Source: Bacillota bacterium (GTDB taxonomy: Bacteria; Bacillota; Clostridia; Christensenellales; UBA1431). From it: a stretch of 64,000 bases of DNA. The translations under genes were made by a program, and so were the position numbers. The notes below the pieces were generated by a model. It was not told where the DNA came from. It worked only from the letters and a program-made list of their open reading frames with translations, and searched no databases. Of the stretch, positions 17,724 to 26,230 are shown piece after piece; within the stretch, counting starts at the first letter, position 1, and every line of letters begins with the position of its first letter. The stretch covers positions 135-64,134 of the forward strand of contig JBMOLJ010000060.1 of assembly GCA_049324235.1 (NCBI GenBank), written 5' to 3'.

Positions 17724-20395
17724 AGCCGAATGTCGCTTTCAAATACATCAAGGCGTCCAAGAGCCGCACCACCCTGACCATACTGGGCATCGCGCTTGCG
17801 CTGGCGCTGATGCTGTGCATCGGCAACTTCTTTTCCACCGTTACCTACACGATGGTACAGAACGCCAGGGAGAACGACGGCGACTATCATGTCCGCGTCA
17901 TGCTGGATGATACGGCGGCCATGCGCAAGCTGTTAAAGGACCCCCGCATAGAAAAATACGGTTTTTTGTATGACGTTTCCTATGCCCTGCCATATTCGAA
18001 GGAACAGGCATCGTCCGGCCAGTCGAAGGATAACCCCTTCCCCTCAGCCTTTGCCCTGCTTCAATACGATTCTTCCATGGAAAAAATATTGCCTGTAAAG
18101 CTTACCGCAGGACGCATGCCCGAAAAGGAGGGTGAAATCGTTTTATGTCCGTATTCTATAGGAAAACTGGGCGATGTTAAGATTGGCGATACCGTACGCC
18201 TCGAAACAGGCAAATACGATATGCTTGTACAGGGAAAAACAATCCATGTGCCTGATATCTCGTACAACCAGGCATACCGTGTTCTCGAAAACCATGGTTT
18301 GCCGGCAGGGAACAACGGCCTCGCGTTCAAAATGACTGGCAGGAAAACAAAAGAATACACCGTCGTGGGCATCATGAAAGATACCGGAATCAGCGTCAAT
18401 TATAACAATGGTAACGGCACTGCCATCGTTTATCCAGAGGATAAAACCCAAATCGCCGCGGCCTACTGCCTTATAAAGGGCGGCGCTTCGCTGCAGGACT
18501 TCATCAATGATATACGGGCTAAGAATGCTCCGTCCTTATCCGTCAATGAAGCGCTGCTGTATTATACCAATACCGACTATGCGGAGCTACCGCTGCCCAT
18601 GCTCCCCATCATCACGGCACTGTTCGTGTTCGTATCCTGCATCGTGGGGCTGGCCGCCATCTCCATCGTGCGCAACACGTTTTCGCTGACGGTGACCGAA
18701 CGGCTCACCGATTACGGGCTTCTGCGCTGCGCAGGCGCAACGCCGAAGCAGGTGCTCGGGATGCTTTCGCAGGAAGTGGGGTTCATGCTCATACTGGCCG
18801 TACCGCTGGGCCTGATTCTTGGAACAAGCGCGTCCCTTGGCCTCATCTGGATCGTGAACAGCATGGATTTTTCCGGCCTGCCCACCATCTATCTCGCCGT
18901 ATCCCCGCTCTATTGCATCATCAGCGTCGCCATCGGCCTTATCGCCACCTTCATCGCCGTAACCGGGCCTTTGCGCACGGTTACCCGCATATCACCGGTG
19001 GAGGTGACGCGCGGCAGCCGGCTCGTCAGGCTCCCCCGCCGCGCCACCAGGCAAAACAGGCTGGCAAAACTTGTTTTCGGCTTTGAGGGCGACCTGAGCC
19101 TCAGGAACATGAAGCGCAACGGGAAGCGGTCGCGCACGGTGCTCGTATCCATGACCATCTGCGTGGCGCTGTTCATCTGCGCGTCCGCGCTGCTTACCGT
19201 TATGTCCAAGGATTTTGAACGCTCGGGCAGGCAAAACATCATAGATGTTGCGGTCACCGTAAAAAATTCTGCCCGTCTGCAGCGCATCTACCCCAGTATC
19301 CGGTCGATGCAGGGGATACAGCGTATCCACACGGACCGGTCAGGAGATTTCACTATAGGTGTTAATGCGCAGGAATATAATCAGGATTTACTACACTATT
19401 GCGGATGGACCTTTGTCAACCCGGCGGAGGAAGACCTCGATACGCATAAACCGGCAGTCTATACGGCGTTGCATATCATTGACCGCGCATCCTTTAATGA
19501 GATAAAGGGAAGCCTGAATCCTTCCATCGGTTACGATGAATGGGCACAGAGCGGCGGTGTGCTGGTATATAACTACTTCCAGATCAATGTCTTCGACGAT
19601 CAGAACAAAGCCAGGATAATAAACGGCAAGATACTGCCGGACCTGAAAACCGGTCAAAAACTGTCGTTTGAAGTTTCTGACAATTCAAAAGGAAATGAGA
19701 AGGCGGATTATTATCCTGAAATGAGCCTTCCCGTGACCGCCGAGGTGAGCAAGCTGCCCTGGTACATCGTGCCGAGTCCCTTCCGGGAACAGCTCGTACT
19801 CTTCATACCCGAAGAAAATGTCCAAAAGTTTGCGGAAAAGCTCCCCTTTATAACCAATTATCCCCCGCAAATCATTATCGACGCGGGCGGGAACAATGTG
19901 AAACAGCTCGCTGCGGATATTCAGAAGCTCGATTCCTCGCTCGCGGTGGCCGATATGAACCAGGACTTCAGGGAGATGAAAAACGTCTACCTGCTGTTCG
20001 TACTCTGCATTTACGGCTTCGTGGGCGTCATCAGCCTGATCAGCTGCCTGAATATCATCAACATCATCAGCACCAATCTCATACTGCGGCGGCGTGAATT
20101 CGGGCTTTTGCAGGCCGTGGGCATGTCGGTCAGGCAGGTGCGGCGGCTGGTGTTCTATGAAAGCTTCCTCTACAGCCTGAAATCCGTTATCTACGGCGTT
20201 ATCGCCGGCGCAGCGCTGATGCTGCTGTTCTTTTCCATCGTGGCGGGGCAGTATGCCACTACGATACAATTCAATTATTTCACGATACTTTACGCCGCGC
20301 TGGGCGCGTTCCTTGTTAGCCTGATCGCGTCCTGGCCGACGCTGCGGCGCCTCAGGCGCATGAGCATCGTCGAAACCCTGCGCACCATCGACTAA
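17720..20395 (+). CDS. FtsX-family ABC permease, internally duplicated with two large extracytoplasmic domains
   Basis: ATGA overlap with the ATPase gene. 891 aa with two 4-TM FtsX modules, each preceded by a loop of about 250 aa. Confidence 0.85.
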   Translation: MKPNVAFKYIKASKSRTTLTILGIALALALMLCIGNFFSTVTYTMVQNARENDGDYHVRVMLDDTAAMRKLLKDPRIEKYGFLYDVSYALPYSKEQASSGQSKDNPFPSAFALLQYDSSMEKILPVKLTAGRMPEKEGEIVLCPYSIGKLGDVKIGDTVRLETGKYDMLVQGKTIHVPDISYNQAYRVLENHGLPAGNNGLAFKMTGRKTKEYTVVGIMKDTGISVNYNNGNGTAIVYPEDKTQIAAAYCLIKGGASLQDFINDIRAKNAPSLSVNEALLYYTNTDYAELPLPMLPIITALFVFVSCIVGLAAISIVRNTFSLTVTERLTDYGLLRCAGATPKQVLGMLSQEVGFMLILAVPLGLILGTSASLGLIWIVNSMDFSGLPTIYLAVSPLYCIISVAIGLIATFIAVTGPLRTVTRISPVEVTRGSRLVRLPRRATRQNRLAKLVFGFEGDLSLRNMKRNGKRSRTVLVSMTICVALFICASALLTVMSKDFERSGRQNIIDVAVTVKNSARLQRIYPSIRSMQGIQRIHTDRSGDFTIGVNAQEYNQDLLHYCGWTFVNPAEEDLDTHKPAVYTALHIIDRASFNEIKGSLNPSIGYDEWAQSGGVLVYNYFQINVFDDQNKARIINGKILPDLKTGQKLSFEVSDNSKGNEKADYYPEMSLPVTAEVSKLPWYIVPSPFREQLVLFIPEENVQKFAEKLPFITNYPPQIIIDAGGNNVKQLAADIQKLDSSLAVADMNQDFREMKNVYLLFVLCIYGFVGVISLISCLNIINIISTNLILRRREFGLLQAVGMSVRQVRRLVFYESFLYSLKSVIYGVIAGAALMLLFFSIVAGQYATTIQFNYFTILYAALGAFLVSLIASWPTLRRLRRMSIVETLRTID

Positions 20396-20422
20396 AACGA
20401 AAACATCGCGCAACCCCTCCAA

Positions 20423-20460
20423 AAGGAATCTCCGGCGCCGATTTGCGCCGGAGATTCCTT
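20423..20460. terminator. Bidirectional terminator between convergent genes
   Basis: 16-bp stem AAGGAATCTCCGGCGC / GCGCCGGAGATTCCTT. Confidence 0.6.
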
Positions 20461-20465
20461 TGTTA

Positions 20466-21173
20466 TCATCTTAGTATACTCTTTACCGTTCCAGGGTCGC
20501 ACGATATCCCGCAACTGCATCTCGTAGCTCCGAACAGCAAGGCGTACGCTGCAGGGAACTCGTTGTTCACATGCTGCACTTCTTCGGCAAATTCCTTCTG
20601 GCTATCGGGAACAGGTCCCAGCGCGTCCGCTTTATCCTGCGTATCTATGATTGCCCCGGGCGGTACAAACCTGTCGGGTTTGACCGTGATGCCGCCAGTT
20701 ACCAGCGCATTTGCCGAAATATAGCACCCTTCACCTACTATGGCATTGAGCACAATGGAATGGAACCCCACGAACACATGATCCCCGAGCTTACATGGGC
20801 CGTGGATGATGCAGCCGTGCGTGCAGCTTACATGTTCCCCTATATAGATGGAATACGTCCTGTTGCCGTGCTGCACTCTGCCGTGTTGAAGGCCGTGCAG
20901 GATAACGCCGTCCTGGATATTGGTATTCGCACCGATATAGAAAGGGAAGCCCTCGTCTGCCCGTATGCTCACATTCGGGGCGATGAACACGTTGCGCTTT
21001 ACGATTACGTCTCCGATAACGGATGAAAAGGGGCCTACATATGCACTTGAGGCAATCCTTGGCCTGACGCTTCTGGGATTGAAGGATGTCCTGGGATTGG
21101 GGCCTATAAAATGCGCATTAATATTAAACGTTTTTATCGGCTTGCTGCAGCCGTCATCGTTGCAATCTATCAT
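20466..21173 (-). CDS. Gamma-class carbonic anhydrase, Cam type (left-handed beta-helix)
   Basis: Collinear with Methanosarcina Cam as I recall it. Zn ligands are in VILHGL and CTHGCIIHGP, with the ADEGFP catalytic Glu. Hexapeptide repeats throughout. Confidence 0.75.
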   Translation of the reverse strand: MIDCNDDGCSKPIKTFNINAHFIGPNPRTSFNPRSVRPRIASSAYVGPFSSVIGDVIVKRNVFIAPNVSIRADEGFPFYIGANTNIQDGVILHGLQHGRVQHGNRTYSIYIGEHVSCTHGCIIHGPCKLGDHVFVGFHSIVLNAIVGEGCYISANALVTGGITVKPDRFVPPGAIIDTQDKADALGPVPDSQKEFAEEVQHVNNEFPAAYALLFGATRCSCGISCDPGTVKSILR

Positions 21174-21249
21174 ATCCGTTTACTCCCAATCTGCAAGGTT
21201 TCAGTATCATGATATGATTATTGTCTGAAAACGGTTTGGCAAGGCATCG

Positions 21250-22524
21250 TCAAGTTTCGGTTTGCCGCGGTTGCTCCGTTTCGCCGCAGCCGTTTTGCTT
21301 CCTGCGTTTCCCCCGCCACAGCAGCAGGATGCCTATCAGAAGGAGGATCATGGCGCCGCAGGCTATGAACCCAACAGAAGGCCCGAAATGCTCGGTTATG
21401 GTGCCTGCAAAAGGATTGCCGATGGGAACGGAGCCCACGAAAAACAGCGTGAATACGCTCATGACCCGGCCGCGGTATGCATCCTCGGTCGTAAGCTGCA
21501 GGCTGGAATTGGCCGTCGAGCTGAACGCTACAAAACAGAAGCCGGTCGCGGCCAGGCCCAGCGCCGTAATGAAATAGGAACCCGTGCATCCGGTGATAAT
21601 AAGCGAAACGGCGGCGAACAGCGGGAAATACCGGATGATAAACCTGCTCGGCCCGTGTTTGCTCCTGATTGCGATAAGCATCGCTCCAAAAAACGAGCCT
21701 GCGCCCACGAACGACATCAGGAAACCGAAGCCTGCCTCCTCCTGATGAAGCACGGTTTTGGCAAACACGGGTACGAGGACGTTGTAATTCAAAGCAAATG
21801 CGCTTACGATCAGGATGGATACCAGGGTCTTTAAAATCGTTTCATTTTTACGTATATACCTTAGCCCGTCCTTCACGCTTGCCCACACGTTTTGATCCGG
21901 CTGCGCACGCGGCATTGACAGCGGCCTGATAAAGACCAGGCTGATGATAACGGCCAGAAAGCTCACCGAGTTAATATAAAAACATACGGCGATCCCCGCG
22001 ACCCCCATGATCAGGCCGGCCAGCGCTGGGCCTACAATCCTTGCGATATTAAAGACCGTCGAATTCAGCGCGATGGCGTTCATCAGGTCCTCTTTGCCTA
22101 CCAGTTCGATGACAAAGGTATGCCGCGTGGGCATGTCCAGCGTATTCACGATGCCAAGGGCAGTGGCGGCGGCGAGGAGGTGCCAGTACTGTACTCTTCC
22201 CAGCGAGATCAAAACCGCAAGCATAAGGGTAATCACGAGCGATGCGGTCTGCGTAAACAGCAGTATCTTTTTCTTTGGCCGCCTGTCGATTATGACGCCG
22301 GCGAACAGCGAAAACAGGAGCGTGGGGAGAAACTGCAGCGTACCGACAAGGCTCAGGAGCAGCGGAGACTTGGTGAGCGAATAGGCCAGCCACGGCTGCG
22401 CGATGTTCTGCATCCATGTGCCTATGAGCGAAACGCACATGCCCAGCCAGTACAGCCTGAAATTCCTGTGTTTTAAAGCAATGAAGGGGTTGTTTAATCC
22501 CCTGTCCTCTGCATTGGCCATCAA
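21250..22524 (-). CDS. MFS transporter (EntS/MFS_3-like)
   Basis: 424 aa with 12 predicted TM segments and the N-terminal FRLYWLG motif typical of this MFS subfamily. Confidence 0.85.
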   Translation of the reverse strand: MMANAEDRGLNNPFIALKHRNFRLYWLGMCVSLIGTWMQNIAQPWLAYSLTKSPLLLSLVGTLQFLPTLLFSLFAGVIIDRRPKKKILLFTQTASLVITLMLAVLISLGRVQYWHLLAAATALGIVNTLDMPTRHTFVIELVGKEDLMNAIALNSTVFNIARIVGPALAGLIMGVAGIAVCFYINSVSFLAVIISLVFIRPLSMPRAQPDQNVWASVKDGLRYIRKNETILKTLVSILIVSAFALNYNVLVPVFAKTVLHQEEAGFGFLMSFVGAGSFFGAMLIAIRSKHGPSRFIIRYFPLFAAVSLIITGCTGSYFITALGLAATGFCFVAFSSTANSSLQLTTEDAYRGRVMSVFTLFFVGSVPIGNPFAGTITEHFGPSVGFIACGAMILLLIGILLLWRGKRRKQNGCGETEQPRQTET

Positions 22525-22674
22525 ACGACTCTTCTTTTCGCGTACTGAATAAAGACAATCACAGAATTACTTTAGCACGTAAACGGACATGTTACAAGGA
22601 CCGGGTTATGCATTTTATGCTGTATCAGGCCGCAAAGGCAACCGCCAATAGGACGGCTACAAAAATCCTTTTTT

Positions 22675-22751
22675 TCATTATGAGCATAGCGAAGAATCTT
22701 TCCGTATTTTATCCATATAGATTCTTCAGTCGCTTGCTCCTTCAGAATGAC
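22675..22751. repeat. Family-A palindromic intergenic repeat
   Basis: TCATTATGAGCATAGCGAAGAATC ... GATTCTTCAGTCGCTTGCTCCTTCAGAATGAC. Confidence 0.7.
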
Positions 22752-22785
22752 CAAAAGGATACCTTTCTTTATGTCTGCCAACCCC

Positions 22786-23745
22786 TTAAGAGGCGGCCAT
22801 TGAATTGCTCCATTTCCCGCACCGGTCGCCAAAACACCCGATATCCTTAAAATCGGCCTGTATCTTGACGACCTCACACCGGTTCGAGCAGCCTTCGCAT
22901 TCGAAGCTGGTTGAGACGTATTCTGCATCCGCTATGTCAAACCCGTTGAATCTGCTGCGGCCCGCCTTTTTCACCGCGTCTTTGGCGATAACCGCCGCGC
23001 CGATTGCGCCCATCATATTATAGTGCTCGGGAACGGTCACCTCATACCCCAATGCCTTTTCAAAGGCGGAGCGCATGCCGGAGTTGGCCGCGACCCCTCC
23101 CTGGAAGAATATTTTCGGGGTTATTTCCTTTCCTTTGGCAACGTTGTTGAGATAATTCCGCACAAGCGCATCGCAAAGCCCCCCGATGATGTCTTCCTCG
23201 TTGTATCCCATCTGCTGTTTGTGTATCATGTCCGATTCGGCGAATACGGCGCACCTGCCCGCAATCCGTATCGGAGTCCTGGCCCGCATGGCATAGTTCC
23301 CGAATTCCTCGATGGAAATGCCCAGCCTTTCCGCCTGCCTGTCGAGGAACGAGCCGGTACCCGCGGCGCAGACGGTGTTCATGGCAAAGTCGATGGCAAC
23401 GCCGTCTTTCAATATGATGATCTTGGAATCCTGGCCGCCGATCTCGATGATCGTCCTGACATCCCTGTCCGCTTCAAGCGCCGCGACGGAATGCGCGGTG
23501 ATCTCGTTTTTCACGGCATCCGCTCCGATAACGGCCGACGCTATCTGCCTGCCGCTTCCGGTGGCCCCGGCCGCGCCGACGCTGATGCTCCCATACTTAT
23601 CCTTAATCAGCTTAAAGCCTTCCTGTATGGCCCTTATAGGCTTGCCCTGCGTTTTAAGATAGAACGCTTCCAGCACGCACATATTCCCGTCAAGCAATAC
23701 GATATCCGTACTTACGGAACCGACGTCAACACCCAGATAAAACAT
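22786..23745 (-). CDS. BcrAD/BadFG-family ATPase (2-hydroxyacyl-CoA dehydratase activase-like) with Cys-rich C-terminus
   Basis: GVDVGSVSTD, GGQDSK and AAGTGSF actin-fold ATPase motifs. C-terminal CEGCSNRCEV...CFGDRCGKW. Start at MFYLGVD (ATG 23745). Confidence 0.85.
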   Translation of the reverse strand: MFYLGVDVGSVSTDIVLLDGNMCVLEAFYLKTQGKPIRAIQEGFKLIKDKYGSISVGAAGATGSGRQIASAVIGADAVKNEITAHSVAALEADRDVRTIIEIGGQDSKIIILKDGVAIDFAMNTVCAAGTGSFLDRQAERLGISIEEFGNYAMRARTPIRIAGRCAVFAESDMIHKQQMGYNEEDIIGGLCDALVRNYLNNVAKGKEITPKIFFQGGVAANSGMRSAFEKALGYEVTVPEHYNMMGAIGAAVIAKDAVKKAGRSRFNGFDIADAEYVSTSFECEGCSNRCEVVKIQADFKDIGCFGDRCGKWSNSMAAS

Positions 23746-24823
23746 TTTTCCTTCTTCTTTCCAGCAAATCAATAAACGCTTCTATTCTCGTGACATACCC
23801 TGCTTCACCCGTCATCTCGTCCACCACCAGCGACATTACCGGAAAATCCTTTTCCCTGGAAATGGCCGGCAATATCGATTTCGACACGATCTCGGGCATG
23901 CAGCCCATGGGGAATATCTGTATGGCCCCGTCGAACCCCTCCCGTTGTGCGAGTACGGTCTCGCCGATGCATTCGCGCGCGTGCCCGCCGATGTCCATCG
24001 GAAGATACCCGCCGGCCGCCTTATCCATTTTGGTGGGAAACATCTTGAACAACGCCGGAACGAGATTGTCCACCCACCAGCTCGGGGTGAGGCGCCGTTT
24101 TGTCGAGACCCCATAATCCATGAGCTTTTCTTCGATATACAGGTTGGCAAAGGGTTCGATGACCGTATAGATTTCCCCGATGATCGCAATTCTGACCGGG
24201 TCCTTTGTTTCATCGATTTCAACCGCATCGAGCTTTTCATCATAGGTGTGCAGGAGTTCGAGCGTTTCTTTGGGGCTGCCGCACTTTTCGGCGGCCGCCC
24301 TGCATGCATTCAGCAGCCTTTTGCATTCCCCGCTGTTTTTCTCATATCCCGCCAGAGCGTGCGCCTTTGCTTCCAGCTTGTCCATACGCTTCATTATTTT
24401 GACCGCATCAGCCAGGGACCTGAGCTTGGTGAGGCTGGTTTTCGCGCTGCCTTCCGCTATCCTGCCTATCCTGTTTAACAGTTCGTGAAAACCGATGTCC
24501 GACGGTTTGTCGATAACGATGAAATCCACATCGTGCCCCAGCTTGCGAAGGATCTCAGCCTGCAGTTCGCAGTATTCCCCGAACCTGCAGGGACCGCAGC
24601 TCCCTGTGATCAGGACGGTATCGGCTCCCTGTTTTATACTGTGGATGTAGTTCCCCATGTTTATTTTGAAAGGCAGGCATATCTCCTCGGGCGAATACAG
24701 CGCGCCTATCCTGACGGATTCCTTGTTGCAAAGCGGCGGTATCACATACCGGATGCCCAGTCCGTCCAGAAGCGCCTTAATTGCAATATAAGCGTTTCCC
24801 AGGTGCGGGAACGTAATCACCAT
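23726..24823 (-). CDS. DUF2229-type activase-associated protein
   Basis: Resembles the C-terminal modules of large CoA-substrate-specific enzyme activase proteins. AGGAGG lies 8 nt upstream of the ATG at 24823. Ends in EAFIDLLERRR, like its paralogue. Confidence 0.7.
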   Translation of the reverse strand: MVITFPHLGNAYIAIKALLDGLGIRYVIPPLCNKESVRIGALYSPEEICLPFKINMGNYIHSIKQGADTVLITGSCGPCRFGEYCELQAEILRKLGHDVDFIVIDKPSDIGFHELLNRIGRIAEGSAKTSLTKLRSLADAVKIMKRMDKLEAKAHALAGYEKNSGECKRLLNACRAAAEKCGSPKETLELLHTYDEKLDAVEIDETKDPVRIAIIGEIYTVIEPFANLYIEEKLMDYGVSTKRRLTPSWWVDNLVPALFKMFPTKMDKAAGGYLPMDIGGHARECIGETVLAQREGFDGAIQIFPMGCMPEIVSKSILPAISREKDFPVMSLVVDEMTGEAGYVTRIEAFIDLLERRRKNVLSGC

Positions 24824-25715
24824 AGAGCCGCCTCCTTTCGAGCATGTCGGCAAACGCCTCTATCCTGGTATCGAATCCCGCCTCGCCGGTATGCTCATCT
24901 ATTTTCAGCACCAGATACGGCACTTCCCCGATTTTCAGCTTGATAAGCTCGGTGACCACCGAATCTATCCCGCACGCAAAGGAAGAGATATAGATGACCC
25001 CGTCTACCCTGTTCGCCATATGCACGGCAAATCCGTAGGCGTTCCGGGCGAAGGTCCAAAAAGGCCTTTTATAGAGTTTCTTTACTTCCGAATCGATCAG
25101 TTCGTCCGCCAGGTATTCCTCGGTTACGACCCCGATTCCCATTCTGTTCAGTTTCCTGACCAGATTCATGTTGATATACGGGTCATAGATATTATAGGGG
25201 TGTCCGACCAGCGCGACGTTTACCCCGAACCCCTCGTCCCGTATGCCCGTCCCGTGTGTGCTTTGCTTCGCCAGCGCCGCTTTGAACGCTCTTTGGATGT
25301 TCGCGGGATCCTTGGTACATTGCGAGCCGGTCTCTTTTGCCCATTTATAGAACTGCCTGCCGGTCTGGGCATAGATCGGCGCTTTTGTAACGGCAGGAAG
25401 ATGCGGTATACTGTTTATGATCATCTCGGGAAGCCCGCAGAACTTGGGGCAGATGTATTCCCTTTTTCGTACGCGCATGAACCTCGGAACGAGCATGAGA
25501 TCGCATTTATCCTTCAAACATGCCACGTGCCCGTGAAATACTTTAATGGGCAGGCAGGCGTCGTCCACGCAGTAATGGGCGCCCTGATCCAGTATGTCCT
25601 TTGTCGTATCCCCCGAAAAAACGATCTCCTCGCCCAGCTCCTCAAAAAAAGTCCTAAAAAAAGGACCATATTTATGAAAAAGTAATCCTTTGGGTATGCC
25701 TACGGTCATATGCAC
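24777..25715 (-). CDS. DUF2229-related activase-associated protein (first gene of the operon)
   Basis: N-terminal GIPKGLLFHKYGPFF motif and C-terminal DEHTGEAGFDTRIEAFADMLERRR, paralogous to the next gene. Confidence 0.65.
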   Translation of the reverse strand: MHMTVGIPKGLLFHKYGPFFRTFFEELGEEIVFSGDTTKDILDQGAHYCVDDACLPIKVFHGHVACLKDKCDLMLVPRFMRVRKREYICPKFCGLPEMIINSIPHLPAVTKAPIYAQTGRQFYKWAKETGSQCTKDPANIQRAFKAALAKQSTHGTGIRDEGFGVNVALVGHPYNIYDPYINMNLVRKLNRMGIGVVTEEYLADELIDSEVKKLYKRPFWTFARNAYGFAVHMANRVDGVIYISSFACGIDSVVTELIKLKIGEVPYLVLKIDEHTGEAGFDTRIEAFADMLERRRLYGDYVPAPGKRLYCN

Positions 25716-25810
25716 CTCATGAAATATTTGCTTTTTTAATTTTTTCCCATTGCAATCGTTTGCTATTCAGTTCGCATGATTTTTCTCCTTGATGTTTGGA
25801 AATCTGCTGT

Positions 25811-25856
25811 AACCAAAAACTGCCGGAACACTTGGCTCCGGCAGTTTTTGGTTTTT
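25811..25856. terminator. Bidirectional terminator after the DUF1540 gene
   Basis: CTGCCGGA / TCCGGCAG stem flanked by AACCAAAAA and TTTTTGGTTTTT. Confidence 0.65.
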
Positions 25857-25861
25857 GCGCG

Positions 25862-26014
25862 TCATTTCTTTGTGAATGTTGAACAATCGGTCTGCTCATA
25901 CGTGGCGGCGTTCTTGGGCTCCACATCGATCTTGTCTGCCGAGCATTTATCGCCGGCCATGTAATAATAGCACGTATCCACAACACACCGTATTCCGGGA
26001 TTGGCCTGGTTCAT
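25862..26014 (-). CDS. DUF1540-like Cys-rich small protein (50 aa)
   Basis: MNQANPGIRCVVDTCYYYMAGDKCSADKIDV...TDCSTF matches the DUF1540 pattern. The longer track ORF (118 aa) adds an unsupported N-terminus. Confidence 0.55.
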   Translation of the reverse strand: MNQANPGIRCVVDTCYYYMAGDKCSADKIDVEPKNAATYEQTDCSTFTKK

Positions 26015-26230
26015 CTTTTTTGCTTTCACCGTGGTTTCCCTCCAAAGCGTTTTATTTCGGTAGTACTTTGCCCAAACCGGTTTTTGAATATTCGCGCCTG
26101 CATCTACCGGAACAGACCGGCTGACAACCCCGAAAGAACGACCCGAAAAAGTAACCGCTTTAGCTGAGCAGCCGGTTCTGAGCGGCTTCAGGAGCCTGAT
26201 AAAAAAATAATGCCGCATATGCGGCAGTTT

